Shown here: positions 10,082 to 18,913 of the stretch, piece by piece
How the letters are laid out: each line of letters begins with the position of its first letter
How positions within the stretch are numbered: position 1 is the stretch's first letter
Source of the DNA: an uncultured Alphaproteobacteria bacterium
GTDB lineage: Bacteria; Pseudomonadota; Alphaproteobacteria; Rhizobiales; Xanthobacteraceae
Assembly: GCA_963830015.1 (NCBI GenBank)
Contig: CAWHLG010000004.1
Location: 657 to 64,656, forward strand
Length of the DNA stretch: 64,000 bases
Reading direction: 5' to 3'
Made by a program: the position numbers and the translations under genes
The notes under the pieces: generated by a model
Told to the model about the DNA's origin: nothing
What the model saw: the letters and a program-made list of their open reading frames with translations, nothing else
Database searches by the model: none

Positions 10082-10358
10082 ATGCGACTGGCTCGCGCCG
10101 ACATACTCGATATCTGGACCTATGTTGCAGCCGATAATTTCAGCGGCCGATCGAGTCCTTGAACGGATTGAGCGTATCTTCGAGTCGATCGCGGAGCATC
10201 CGGAATTGGGCCGCGAGCGCTCCGAAATCATGGAGGGACTGCGCAGCTTTGCCGTTATGTCATGGGTGATCTTTTATCGAATAGATATGAATAGCGAGTC
10301 AGTCATCATTGCCCGAGTGCTTCACGGCGCTCGCGACCTGGACGAGTTCGACTACTGA
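10082..10358 (+). pseudogene. ParE/RelE-family toxin, N-terminally clipped, 1-nt frameshift at ~10139
   Basis: Frame from ATG 10082 reads MRLARADILDIWTYVAADN. The next frame reads SAADRVLERIERIFESIAEHPELGRERSEI...WVIFYR...IARVLHGARDL. Lower GC than the flanks. Confidence 0.75.
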
Positions 10359-10359
10359 T

Positions 10360-11478
10360 TCACTTTACCGGCACGACCTTCAGCACCCGGCCGGCCGAAT
10401 TGTCTGTGACCAGATAGATCGCGCCGTCGGGTCCCACGCGCACGTCGCGGATGCGCTCGCGCAACCCCTGCAGCAATCGCTCCTCGCCGGTCACCTTCTC
10501 GCCGTCGAGCGAGAGCCGCACCAGCATCTGGTCCTTCAGCGCGCCGACCAGCAGGCTGCCCTTCCACGCCGGGAACAGCTCGGCGTTGTAGAACGCCATG
10601 CCGGACGGCGCGATCGACGGCACCCAATATTTGACCGGCTGCTCCATGCCGGCTTGCGCCGACTTGCCGCTGCCGACCGGCGAGCCGTCATAGTTGACGC
10701 CGTGGCTGATCACCGGCCAGCCGTAGTTCTTTCCGGCCTGCGGAATGTTGACCTCGTCGCCGCCCTTCGCGCCGTGCTCGTGCTCCCAGAGCTTGCCGCT
10801 CTGCGGATGGATCGCCGCGCCCTGCGAGTTGCGGTGGCCGATGCTCCAGATTTCCGGCCTGGCATCCTTGCGGCCGGCGAACGGATTGTCCTTCGGCACC
10901 GAGCCATCCGTCGCGACGCGGACGATCTTGCCGATGTGATTGCCGAGCTTCTGGGCGTCGTCGCGATCCTTGAAATGGTCGCCCATGGTCAGGAACAGGT
11001 TGTTGTCCGGGGCTTGCGCGATGCGGCAGCCGAAATGGTGTCCGCTCGACAGCGGGCCTTCCTGGCGGAAAATGATTTTCACATCGTTGAGCTTGTCGTC
11101 CCCGAGCGTGGCACGCGCCAGGGACGTGCGCCCGCCGCCGCTCTCCGGCTCGGCGAAGCAGAAATAGATCGTCCGGTTCTGCGCGAAGCCGCGATCGGGC
11201 ACGACATCATGCAGGCCGCCCTGGCCGGAGGCGAACACCTTGGGCACGCCGCCGAGCGGCGCGCCGAGCTTGCCGTCCGCGGTGGCGATGCGCATGCGCC
11301 CCGGACGTTCCGTCACCAGCATGCGGCCGTCCGGCAGGAACGCCAGCGCCCACGGGTTTGCAAGCCCGCCGACCACCGTCTCGACCTTGAGATCCCCGGC
11401 GGAGGATTTGAAGGTTTGTGCAGAGGCTGCGGCGGGCAGTGCGGCAAGGAGGAGGGCGAGAACAAGCGGTCTGGTCAT
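10360..11478 (-). CDS. PQQ-dependent soluble aldose sugar dehydrogenase (YliI/GSDH family)
   Basis: GLANPWALAFLPDG, GQGGLHD, GHRNSQG, EHGAKGGDEVN, NYGWP, IAPSG and RIRDVRVGPDG motifs. Start chosen at ATG 11478. Confidence 0.92.
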   Translation of the reverse strand: MTRPLVLALLLAALPAAASAQTFKSSAGDLKVETVVGGLANPWALAFLPDGRMLVTERPGRMRIATADGKLGAPLGGVPKVFASGQGGLHDVVPDRGFAQNRTIYFCFAEPESGGGRTSLARATLGDDKLNDVKIIFRQEGPLSSGHHFGCRIAQAPDNNLFLTMGDHFKDRDDAQKLGNHIGKIVRVATDGSVPKDNPFAGRKDARPEIWSIGHRNSQGAAIHPQSGKLWEHEHGAKGGDEVNIPQAGKNYGWPVISHGVNYDGSPVGSGKSAQAGMEQPVKYWVPSIAPSGMAFYNAELFPAWKGSLLVGALKDQMLVRLSLDGEKVTGEERLLQGLRERIRDVRVGPDGAIYLVTDNSAGRVLKVVPVK

Positions 11479-11627
11479 GAAAGGCTTCCCTTGATGCGCG
11501 CAAATGTGGCGCGATCCGGCGGCGAAATCGCGCCGGCAGGGCAACACATCTTGGTGATGAATGTTTCGCTTCGAACGGCAGCCGGTCGCTCACAAACAAG
11601 TCAGCTCTACGGCGCACCGCCGCGGGG

Positions 11628-11660
11628 TTGACAGGCATTAATTCCGTTCTATGTTCGTTC
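11628..11660 (+). promoter_or_regulatory. Sigma70-like promoter (TTGACA-N16-TATGTT) overlapped by an alphaproteobacterial LexA box
   Basis: TTGACA 11628-33; TATGTT 11650-55; GTTC-TATGTTC-GTTC at 11646-11660 matches GTTC-N7-GTTC exactly. Confidence 0.7.
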
Positions 11661-12100
11661 TCATCCTGCCTGTTGAGGGGCACCATCCGGGTGGTTGCCG
11701 CTGGGAGAGGCAGGAACGGTCTGCCTGCGGGTCCGACTAACCACCGGACTCCCGGGACGCCTCGGACCCCGCCCTACGGGCACCAGATGACCCGTGCGCA
11801 GGGAGCCTGCTGGACTACCGGGTGAACACGTCAGTAGCCCGGGAAGGAAAGCGCGGCCCGAGAGCGAGTGAGGCCAAGGCCTCGCGAACACCGTGGTGGA
11901 GCGCCGCAAGGCGCGCCGGTCCGCGTCATGGGCCGGCAGTCCCTTCCGATGAAGGGACTGGCCCAACCGCAAGGCGGCCACGGGTGCGGCGTTCCGCACC
12001 AGCGCCTTTCGGCGCTCCGCTCCCCTCGCAGGAGGGGCAACAAGAAGAAACTTGGCAAAGCCCGGGCGCAGCGCGCCGCGGAAACGAGTTTCCACGTCCA
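11661..12100 (+). ncRNA. Candidate highly structured non-coding RNA or element of unknown family
   Basis: At least 10 short perfect stems (several with tetraloops), a possible pseudoknot, no credible ORF, and located directly downstream of the LexA-boxed promoter. Not recognised as a known RNA family. Confidence 0.45.
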
Positions 12101-12141
12101 CGTTTGACGGAGCGTTTTTGTTGAGCCGAGCACCACTCCAA

Positions 12142-12292
12142 CCCCGTCACCCTGAGGTTCGAGTGAGCGAAGCGAACGAGCCTCGAAGGGCGACGGCCCC
12201 GAAATCCCGGGCCGTTCATCCTTCGAGGCTCGCCATAGCGCGTCGAAGACGCGCGTCAACGCGCCTAGGGCTCGCACCTCAGGATGACGGGG
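12142..12292. repeat. REP-like palindromic element (CCGTCA(T/C)CCTGAGG...CCTCAGGATGACGG family) with nested mini-palindrome
   Basis: Terminal inverted arms plus inner GAGCCTCGAAGG/CCTTCGAGGCTC arms. Confidence 0.85.
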
Positions 12293-12336
12293 AGGGAGTG
12301 CGGTTGATTCAGCGCCCTGGGGCGGTCGCGGACCGG

Positions 12337-13623
12337 TTAGCGCGCGCGAGCCGCCGTCATCATGCTGCGCTGGCGCACCAGCAGCATGGACAGGATCGCG
12401 ATGTTGGCGACATTGAATGCGACGCCGGTCGCAAAGGCGGGCGTGTAATAGCCGTAGATGTCGTAGAGATAACCCGCGAGCCAGCCGCCGGTCGCCATGC
12501 CGCTGCCGCTGAACAGCAGCAGCGTCGGCACCCGCCAGTGTGCCTCGCTCATCGGATAGAGGTCGCGGATGGTCAGCACATAGGCCGGAATGAGCGCGCT
12601 GAAGCCGATGCCGAATGCGGTCGCGACCGTGAACAGCCCGACGGTGTTTTGCGTGAACAGAAATCCGCTCATCGCCGCGCATTGCATCAGCGAGCTGAGC
12701 AGCGCGGTGAGCAGCCCGCCCAGCCGGTCGGACAGGTAGCCCCAGCCCTGGCGGCTGAAGAAGCCCATGCCGAGCAGCAGCGACAGCATCGTCGCGCCCA
12801 TGGTCGCCGAGAGGCCGAGGTCGCTGCAGAACGCGACCAGATGCTGCTGCGGCATCGACATGGTGACGCAGCACAGGAACGACGCGAAGGTCAGCATCGC
12901 GAACACGACATTGGCATTCCAGCCGAGCACCTTCGGCCGGGTGCCGCCGGTGCCATGCGCGCCGCCCTCCTGCGGCAGCTCGGGCGGCGGGCGCAGGAAC
13001 GCGATCGCAAGCGGCAGGATCACCACGAGCTGGAGAACCGCGAAGCCGATCATGGTCCAGCGCCAGCCGACGAACGCGATCGAGCGTTCGAAGATGGTCG
13101 GCCAGACGAATCCCGCGAGATAGCCGCCGCTGGAAATCAGCGCCAGCGCCGAGCCGCGGCGGCGGTCGAACCAGCGGCTGACATAGACGAACAGCGGCGC
13201 GTTGAGGCCGGCATTGCCGATGAAGCCCATGAACAAGCCATGGCCGAGATAAAGCTGCCACGGCGCGCCGAGCGAGGAGATGCCAAGCCCCACCGCGATC
13301 ATCAGCGAGCCCGCGATCACCGTCCAGCGGATGCCGTAGCTGTTGGCGAGCCGCCCCATCAGCAGCCCGCCGGCGCCCGAGCCGAAGAAGGCGAGCGACA
13401 CCGCGAGCGAAGGGACCTGGCGCGCGCCGCCGGAAATGTCGTTGGCGATCTCTTTCAGTCCCACCGCCGCGATCCACGGCCCGCCGAACGACATGCCGAG
13501 CAGGACCAGCGAGACGCCGGCCACCACCCACGAGGTGCGCGTCTCGATGGACCGCGGCTGCTCGCCGCGTGTGTCGTCGGGCCGCGCCCCGTGCGGGGGC
13601 GGATTGCTGGTCTGGCTGGTCAA
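12337..13623 (-). CDS. MFS transporter
   Basis: About 12 hydrophobic segments, GRLANSYGIR and GYLSDRLGG loop motifs, WFDRRRGSAL. Start (TTG 13623) uncertain. Confidence 0.85.
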   Translation of the reverse strand: MTSQTSNPPPHGARPDDTRGEQPRSIETRTSWVVAGVSLVLLGMSFGGPWIAAVGLKEIANDISGGARQVPSLAVSLAFFGSGAGGLLMGRLANSYGIRWTVIAGSLMIAVGLGISSLGAPWQLYLGHGLFMGFIGNAGLNAPLFVYVSRWFDRRRGSALALISSGGYLAGFVWPTIFERSIAFVGWRWTMIGFAVLQLVVILPLAIAFLRPPPELPQEGGAHGTGGTRPKVLGWNANVVFAMLTFASFLCCVTMSMPQQHLVAFCSDLGLSATMGATMLSLLLGMGFFSRQGWGYLSDRLGGLLTALLSSLMQCAAMSGFLFTQNTVGLFTVATAFGIGFSALIPAYVLTIRDLYPMSEAHWRVPTLLLFSGSGMATGGWLAGYLYDIYGYYTPAFATGVAFNVANIAILSMLLVRQRSMMTAARAR

Positions 13624-13744
13624 ACCGAATCCCGGCGGATTGGCGTGAATGAACGGGTCCAGGCGGTGTTCAACTGGATCGGACCGCCTAGGCCCCGGCG
13701 AATTCGTAGTGCTACTGTGTACAAAACGACCGGGAGGAAGTGAA

Positions 13745-14716
13745 ATGCTAAAAGCCGTGATCGGCTCCGCGCTTGCTGTTCTTTGTACGATTGTGTCCGC
13801 GAGTGCGCAGGACTTCCCCTCCCGCCATGTGACGCTCGTGGTGCCGCTTGCGACCGGCGGCTCGACCGACACCATCGGGCGCATCATCGCCGAAGGCATG
13901 CGGACGCATCTCGGCCAGACCGTCATCGTCGAAAACACCCCGGGCGCGGGCGGCGCGACCGGTGTTCTCCGTGTCGCGCGCTCGGCGCCGGACGGCTACA
14001 CGCTGCAGATCGGCCAGTGGGGCACCAATGTCGCGAGCGGCGTGGTGCACGATCTGCCGATCGATCTTCTCAAGGACCTGGAGCCGGTGGCGCTGATCTC
14101 GACGCAGCCGTCGCTGATCGTCGGCCGCAAGGACCTGCCGGCCGGCAACTTCAAGGAACTGGTCGCGTGGCTGAAGGCCAATCCCGAAAAGGTCTCGGTC
14201 GGGACGGCGGGCCCGGGAAGCCCGAGCCATGTGTTCGGTTCGTTCTTCCAGAACGCGATCCAGGCCAAGTTCAACTTCATCCCCTATCGCAGCGCCGGTG
14301 AATCGCAGAAGGACCTGGTCGGCGGCCAGGTCGACATGATCGTCGACACGCCCTCGACCTCCGGCCAGAACGTCAAGAACGGTCTGATCAAGGCGTTCGT
14401 GCTGGCCGGCAAGGATCGCACGCCGGTGCTGCCCGATCTGCCGACCGTCGACGAGGCGGGGATGCCGGGAATGTATTTCTACTTCTGGCACGCCATCTGG
14501 GCGCCCAAGGGCACGCCCAAGCCGGTGATCGCCAAACTCAACGAGGCGGTGACCAAGGCGGTGGCCGATCCGGTGACGCGCGAGCGGCTGGTCAAGATCG
14601 GCCAGGAGTTCTTCCCGACCACCATGACGACGCCGGAGGGGCTCGCCAAGTTCCAGCGCGAAGAGATCGAGAAGTGGTGGCCGGTGATCAAGGCGCAGAA
14701 CATCAGGGTGCGTTAG
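13745..14716 (+). CDS. Bug/TctC family substrate-binding protein (array member 1)
   Basis: VPLATGGSTD, ENTPGAGG, PDGYT, IPYRSAG. Confidence 0.92.
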   Translation: MLKAVIGSALAVLCTIVSASAQDFPSRHVTLVVPLATGGSTDTIGRIIAEGMRTHLGQTVIVENTPGAGGATGVLRVARSAPDGYTLQIGQWGTNVASGVVHDLPIDLLKDLEPVALISTQPSLIVGRKDLPAGNFKELVAWLKANPEKVSVGTAGPGSPSHVFGSFFQNAIQAKFNFIPYRSAGESQKDLVGGQVDMIVDTPSTSGQNVKNGLIKAFVLAGKDRTPVLPDLPTVDEAGMPGMYFYFWHAIWAPKGTPKPVIAKLNEAVTKAVADPVTRERLVKIGQEFFPTTMTTPEGLAKFQREEIEKWWPVIKAQNIRVR

Positions 14717-14769
14717 CTGTTCCGGCTCTCTTTCTTCCTTGCGCGTGCCGGGCGCATGAGGAGGCGGCT

Positions 14770-15747
14770 TTGAAGTTATTCGCCGCGGCGGTGGTGTTGA
14801 CGAGCGTGCTGGCCTGCGCCGGAGCGTCGGCGCAGACGCAAGGCTATCCGGCGCGTCCGGTGACCATGATCGTGCCGTTCCCGGCGGGCGGCGGTTCCGA
14901 CATTCTCGCCCGCATCGTCGCCGACGGTATGCGGCAATCGCTCGGCCAGCCGGTGATCATCGAGAACGTCGGCGGCGCCGGCGGCACCATCGGCACGACG
15001 CGCGTCGCGCGCTCGGCGCCCGACGGCTACACCGTGGGCTTCGGCCAGTGGACCTCGCATGTCGGCTCCGGCGCGCTCTATCCGCTCAGCTTCGATCTCC
15101 TGAAGGACCTGACGCCGGTAGCCCCGCTCACCTCCGCGGTGCTGTGGCTGATCGGCGGCCCGAACGTGCCGGCGAACAACCTCAGGGAACTGATCGACTG
15201 GCTGAAAGCCAATCCGGACAAGCGGACGGCGGGCAATATCGGCGCCGGCAGCGGCACGCAGCTCTGCCTGATCCATTTCCAGCAGGGCACCGGCACCAGG
15301 TTCCAGATCGTGCCCTATCGCGGGGCGGCGCCGATCATGCAGGACATGCTGGCCGGGCAGATCGATCTCACGTGCCCCGAGGCCGGGCAGACGCTGGAGC
15401 TGTGGCGCGCCGGCAAGATCAAGGCGTTCGCGGTGATGGACAACAAGCGGTGGTACGCGGCGCCCAATGTCCCGACCGCCGACGAAGCGGGCGCGCCCGG
15501 ACTGCACATGGCGTTCTGGTACGGTCTGTGGGCGCCGGCCGGCGTGCCGCGCGACATGATCGTCAAGCTCAATGCGGCGGTGTCGGCGACCTTCGACGAT
15601 CCGGCGGTGCGGCAGAAGCTTACCGATCAGGGGCATGTCATTCCGGCGCGCGAGCAGCGAACGCCCGAGGCGCTCGGCGCGCATCACAAGGCCGAAACCG
15701 AGAAGTGGTGGCCGATCATCAAGGCGGCGGGCATCAAGCTGCAATAG
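14770..15747 (+). CDS. Bug/TctC family substrate-binding protein (array member 2)
   Basis: VPFPAGGGSD, ENVGGAGG, VPYRGAAP. TTG start inferred. Confidence 0.92.
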   Translation: MKLFAAAVVLTSVLACAGASAQTQGYPARPVTMIVPFPAGGGSDILARIVADGMRQSLGQPVIIENVGGAGGTIGTTRVARSAPDGYTVGFGQWTSHVGSGALYPLSFDLLKDLTPVAPLTSAVLWLIGGPNVPANNLRELIDWLKANPDKRTAGNIGAGSGTQLCLIHFQQGTGTRFQIVPYRGAAPIMQDMLAGQIDLTCPEAGQTLELWRAGKIKAFAVMDNKRWYAAPNVPTADEAGAPGLHMAFWYGLWAPAGVPRDMIVKLNAAVSATFDDPAVRQKLTDQGHVIPAREQRTPEALGAHHKAETEKWWPIIKAAGIKLQ

Positions 15748-15774
15748 ACCGCGCACGGCAAACGGGAGGACGAC

Positions 15775-16737
15775 ATGAGAAGGCTCATCCTTGGTATCGC
15801 CGGCGCGCTGGTCGCCGGCGTCGTTGCGGCGAACGCTCAGGGCTTTCCGTCTCGGCCAATCACCCTGATCGTGCCGTTCCCGCCGGGCGGCTCGACCGAC
15901 ACCGCGGCCCGCATCCTGGCCGACAAGATGAAGCCGATCCTCGGGCAGTCGGTGATCATCGAGAACGTCGGCGGCGCGGGCGGCAGCATCGCGGTCGGTC
16001 GCGTCGCGCGTGCGGCGCCGGACGGCTACACCATCGACATCGGCCAGTGGGACACCCATGTCGGCAGCATCATCTACAACATCACCTATGATCTGCAGAA
16101 AGACTTCGACCCGATCGGGCTGATCTCGGTCAATCCGCAGTTGATGGTGGCGAAGAAGAACCTGCAGGCCAACCGGCTCAACGAGCTGGTCGCCTGGATG
16201 AAGGCCAATCCGGGCGAAGCCAAGTTCGTCAACCAGAACGCCGCCGCGCATGTGACCGGCATCCTGATGGAGAAGGCCACCGGCACCAAGGTGACCTACA
16301 TTCCCTATCGCGGCGCGGGCCCGGCGATGACCGACCTGATCTCGGGGCAGGTCGATCTGCTGGTCATCCAGGGCGCCGCGGCGTTGCCGCAGGTGCGCGC
16401 CGGAACCATCAAGGCGATCGCCAACCTGTCGCCGCAGCGCTCGGCGTCGATGCCGGACATTCCGACCTCCGACGAGACCGGCGTGCCGGGTCTCTACATG
16501 TCCGGCTGGTTCGGTTTCTTCGGACCCAGGGGCATGCCGAAGGAGGCGGTCGACAAGCTCAACGGCGCGATGCGGCAGGTGCTCGCGGATCCCACGGTCA
16601 AGGCGCGCTTCACCGAGCTCGGCCTCGACGTGGCGTCACCCCAGCAGCAGACACCCGAAGGTCTCGCGGCGTTCCAGAAAGCCGAGATCGACAAGTGGTG
16701 GCCGATCATCAAGGCCTCCGGCATCAAACCGGATTGA
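15775..16737 (+). CDS. Bug/TctC family substrate-binding protein (array member 3)
   Basis: VPFPPGGSTD, ENVGGAGG, IPYRGAGP. Confidence 0.92.
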   Translation: MRRLILGIAGALVAGVVAANAQGFPSRPITLIVPFPPGGSTDTAARILADKMKPILGQSVIIENVGGAGGSIAVGRVARAAPDGYTIDIGQWDTHVGSIIYNITYDLQKDFDPIGLISVNPQLMVAKKNLQANRLNELVAWMKANPGEAKFVNQNAAAHVTGILMEKATGTKVTYIPYRGAGPAMTDLISGQVDLLVIQGAAALPQVRAGTIKAIANLSPQRSASMPDIPTSDETGVPGLYMSGWFGFFGPRGMPKEAVDKLNGAMRQVLADPTVKARFTELGLDVASPQQQTPEGLAAFQKAEIDKWWPIIKASGIKPD

Positions 16738-16768
16738 CGGACAGCGGCGGCGTTTGAAGGAGGCTGAC

Positions 16769-17737
16769 ATGACAAGAGTTCTTGCACTGACAGCGATTCT
16801 TCTGGCCGCTGCCGTTTCGCTCGCTCAGTCCCAGGACTACCCGACCAAGCCGGTCACCATCGTGGTGCCGACGTCGCCCGGCGGTCCGCCGGACACGCTC
16901 GCTCGCCTGCTGGCCGAACCGATGCGCGCCTCGCTCGGCCAGCCGGTCGTGGTCGAGAACGCCACCGGGGCGGGCGGCACCGCGGGCGTCGCCCGCGTCG
17001 TCCGCGCCGCGCCCGACGGCTACACGCTCAGCATCGGACACTTCAACTCGCACGTCATCAGCAGCATCACCTACAACGCCTACGATCCGCTGAACGATCT
17101 CGAGCCGGTTGCGGCGCTGGTCACTGCGCCGATGGTCTTCATCGCAAGGCAGGCGCTGCCGGTCCAGGACATGCGAGGGCTGGTGGAATGGCTGAAGGCC
17201 AATCCGGGCAAGGCGACGTTCGGCTCGGTCGGCGTCGGCGGGCCCGCGCGCGTCTGGGGCACGAATTTTCATCAGGCCACCGGGGTGAGCTTCCAGTTCA
17301 TTCCGTATCGTGGCGCAGTGCTGGTGGTTCAGGACATGCTGGCGGGACATATCGACCTCGGCTGCATGGAGGGCTCGAACGTCATCGCGCATCTGCGCGG
17401 CGACAAGCTTCGCGTGTTGGCCGTGCTGTCCGACAAGCGCTGGGCTGCCGCGCCGAACGTGCCGACGATCGCCGAGACCGGCGTGCCCGGCCTGCAGATG
17501 CCGTTCTGGCACGGCATGTGGGCGCCGAAGGGCACACCGCCCGCGGCGATCGCGAGGCTCAACGCGGCGGTCGTCAATGCGCTGGCCGATCCGACGGTGC
17601 GCGCGCGGCTCGCCGACCTTGGGCAGGAAGTGGTGCCGCAAAGTATGCGGACGCCGGCGGGACTGGCTGCGCACCACAAGGCGGAAATCGAGAAATGGAC
17701 ACCCGTCATCAAGGCCGCGGGCATCAAGGCCGAATAG
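16769..17737 (+). CDS. Bug/TctC family substrate-binding protein (array member 4)
   Basis: VPTSPGGPPD, ENATGAGG, IPYRGA. Confidence 0.92.
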   Translation: MTRVLALTAILLAAAVSLAQSQDYPTKPVTIVVPTSPGGPPDTLARLLAEPMRASLGQPVVVENATGAGGTAGVARVVRAAPDGYTLSIGHFNSHVISSITYNAYDPLNDLEPVAALVTAPMVFIARQALPVQDMRGLVEWLKANPGKATFGSVGVGGPARVWGTNFHQATGVSFQFIPYRGAVLVVQDMLAGHIDLGCMEGSNVIAHLRGDKLRVLAVLSDKRWAAAPNVPTIAETGVPGLQMPFWHGMWAPKGTPPAAIARLNAAVVNALADPTVRARLADLGQEVVPQSMRTPAGLAAHHKAEIEKWTPVIKAAGIKAE

Positions 17738-17769
17738 CGACAAGCCATGACAAGCAGGGACAAACTCAG

Positions 17770-18744
17770 ATGACGATGGGCAGGTTCGTTTCAATTGCGC
17801 TCGCGCTGTTTGCGGGCATGACTTCGTCGGCGCAGGCGCAGCCGTTTCCGTCCAAGCCGATCACCATCATCGTGCCGTTCGCGGCCGGCGGGCCGAGCGA
17901 CGTGCTGGCCCGCACGCTCGGCGAGCGGATGCGCGTGACGTTGAATCAGACCGTCGTGATCGAGAACGTCACCGGCGCGGCCGGCACCATCGGCGTGACG
18001 CGCGTCACGCGTTCGCCGGCCGACGGCTACACCATCAGCTTCGGCCATCTCGGCACCCATGTGGTCAACGGCGCGATCTATTCGCTGCCGTTCGACCTGG
18101 TGAACGACCTCGAGCCGGTGGCGATGCTCGGCGCCAACCCGATGCTGGTGGTGAGCAAGAACGCGCTGCCTGCGAAGACGCTGCAGGAACTGATCGCCTG
18201 GGTGAAGGCGAACCAGGACAAGGCGACGTTCGGCACCGCGGGCGTCGGCTCCGGCGCGCATTTCAGCGGCGTGTATTTCCAGAGCCTGATCGGCACCAAG
18301 GCGAACTACGTGCCCTATCGCGGCACCGGCCCGGCGCTGCAGGACCTCGTCGCCGGACAGATCGACATCATCGTCGACCAGGCGTCGAACTCGCTGCCGC
18401 AGGTCAATGCCGGCACCATCCGCGCCTATGCGGTGACCGACACCAAGCGCATTCCGTCGGCGTCGGGCATCCCGACCGTGGCGGAAGCCGGCCTGCCGGG
18501 CTTTCACGTGTCGCTGTGGTCCGGGCTGTGGGCGCCGAAGGACACGCCGAAGGACGTGATCGGCAGGCTCAACGAGGCGGTGCGCGCGGCGTTCGCCGAC
18601 GCCGGCGTGCAGAAGCGCTACGCCGAGCTTGGCCTGGAATTGCCGGCCGCCAATCAGCAGACGCCCGAGGCGCTGCGCGCGCATCAGAAGGCCGAGGTCG
18701 CAAAGTGGTGGCCGGTGATCAAGGCGGCGAACATCAAGCCGTGA
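17770..18744 (+). CDS. Bug/TctC family substrate-binding protein (array member 5)
   Basis: VPFAAGGPSD, ENVTGAAG, VPYRGTGP. Confidence 0.92.
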   Translation: MTMGRFVSIALALFAGMTSSAQAQPFPSKPITIIVPFAAGGPSDVLARTLGERMRVTLNQTVVIENVTGAAGTIGVTRVTRSPADGYTISFGHLGTHVVNGAIYSLPFDLVNDLEPVAMLGANPMLVVSKNALPAKTLQELIAWVKANQDKATFGTAGVGSGAHFSGVYFQSLIGTKANYVPYRGTGPALQDLVAGQIDIIVDQASNSLPQVNAGTIRAYAVTDTKRIPSASGIPTVAEAGLPGFHVSLWSGLWAPKDTPKDVIGRLNEAVRAAFADAGVQKRYAELGLELPAANQQTPEALRAHQKAEVAKWWPVIKAANIKP

Positions 18745-18775
18745 CGTGCGGCGGTCGCCATCGGGGAATGGAGCG

Positions 18776-18904
18776 CTGACCGGGCTGGGCATGGAGATTC
18801 CGTCGCGCGAACAGCAGACGCCGGAGGCGCGGACCGCGCAGCAAAAGGCCGACATCGCGGTCTGGTGGCCGGTCATCAGGGGGGCCAATATCAAGCTGCA
18901 GTAA
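18776..18904 (+). pseudogene. 3' remnant of an additional Bug/TctC gene
   Basis: Manual translation gives LTGLGMEIPSREQQTPEARTAQQKADIAVWWPVIRGANIKLQ*, matching the C-termini of the flanking paralogs. No 5' part is present. Confidence 0.8.
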
Positions 18905-18913
18905 GGGGATGCA

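Noticed and set aside
11661-12100. Identity of the structured region as RNase P RNA, tmRNA, 6S, SRP or a group II intron
   Set aside because: I could not find their hallmark sequences (e.g. RNase P GAGGAAAGUCC, tRNA-like ends, intron domain V). A covariance search is still needed.
11628-12219. Short ORFs across the structured region (65-146 aa)
   Set aside because: No RBS or motifs, composition dictated by GC hairpins, and overlapping on both strands.
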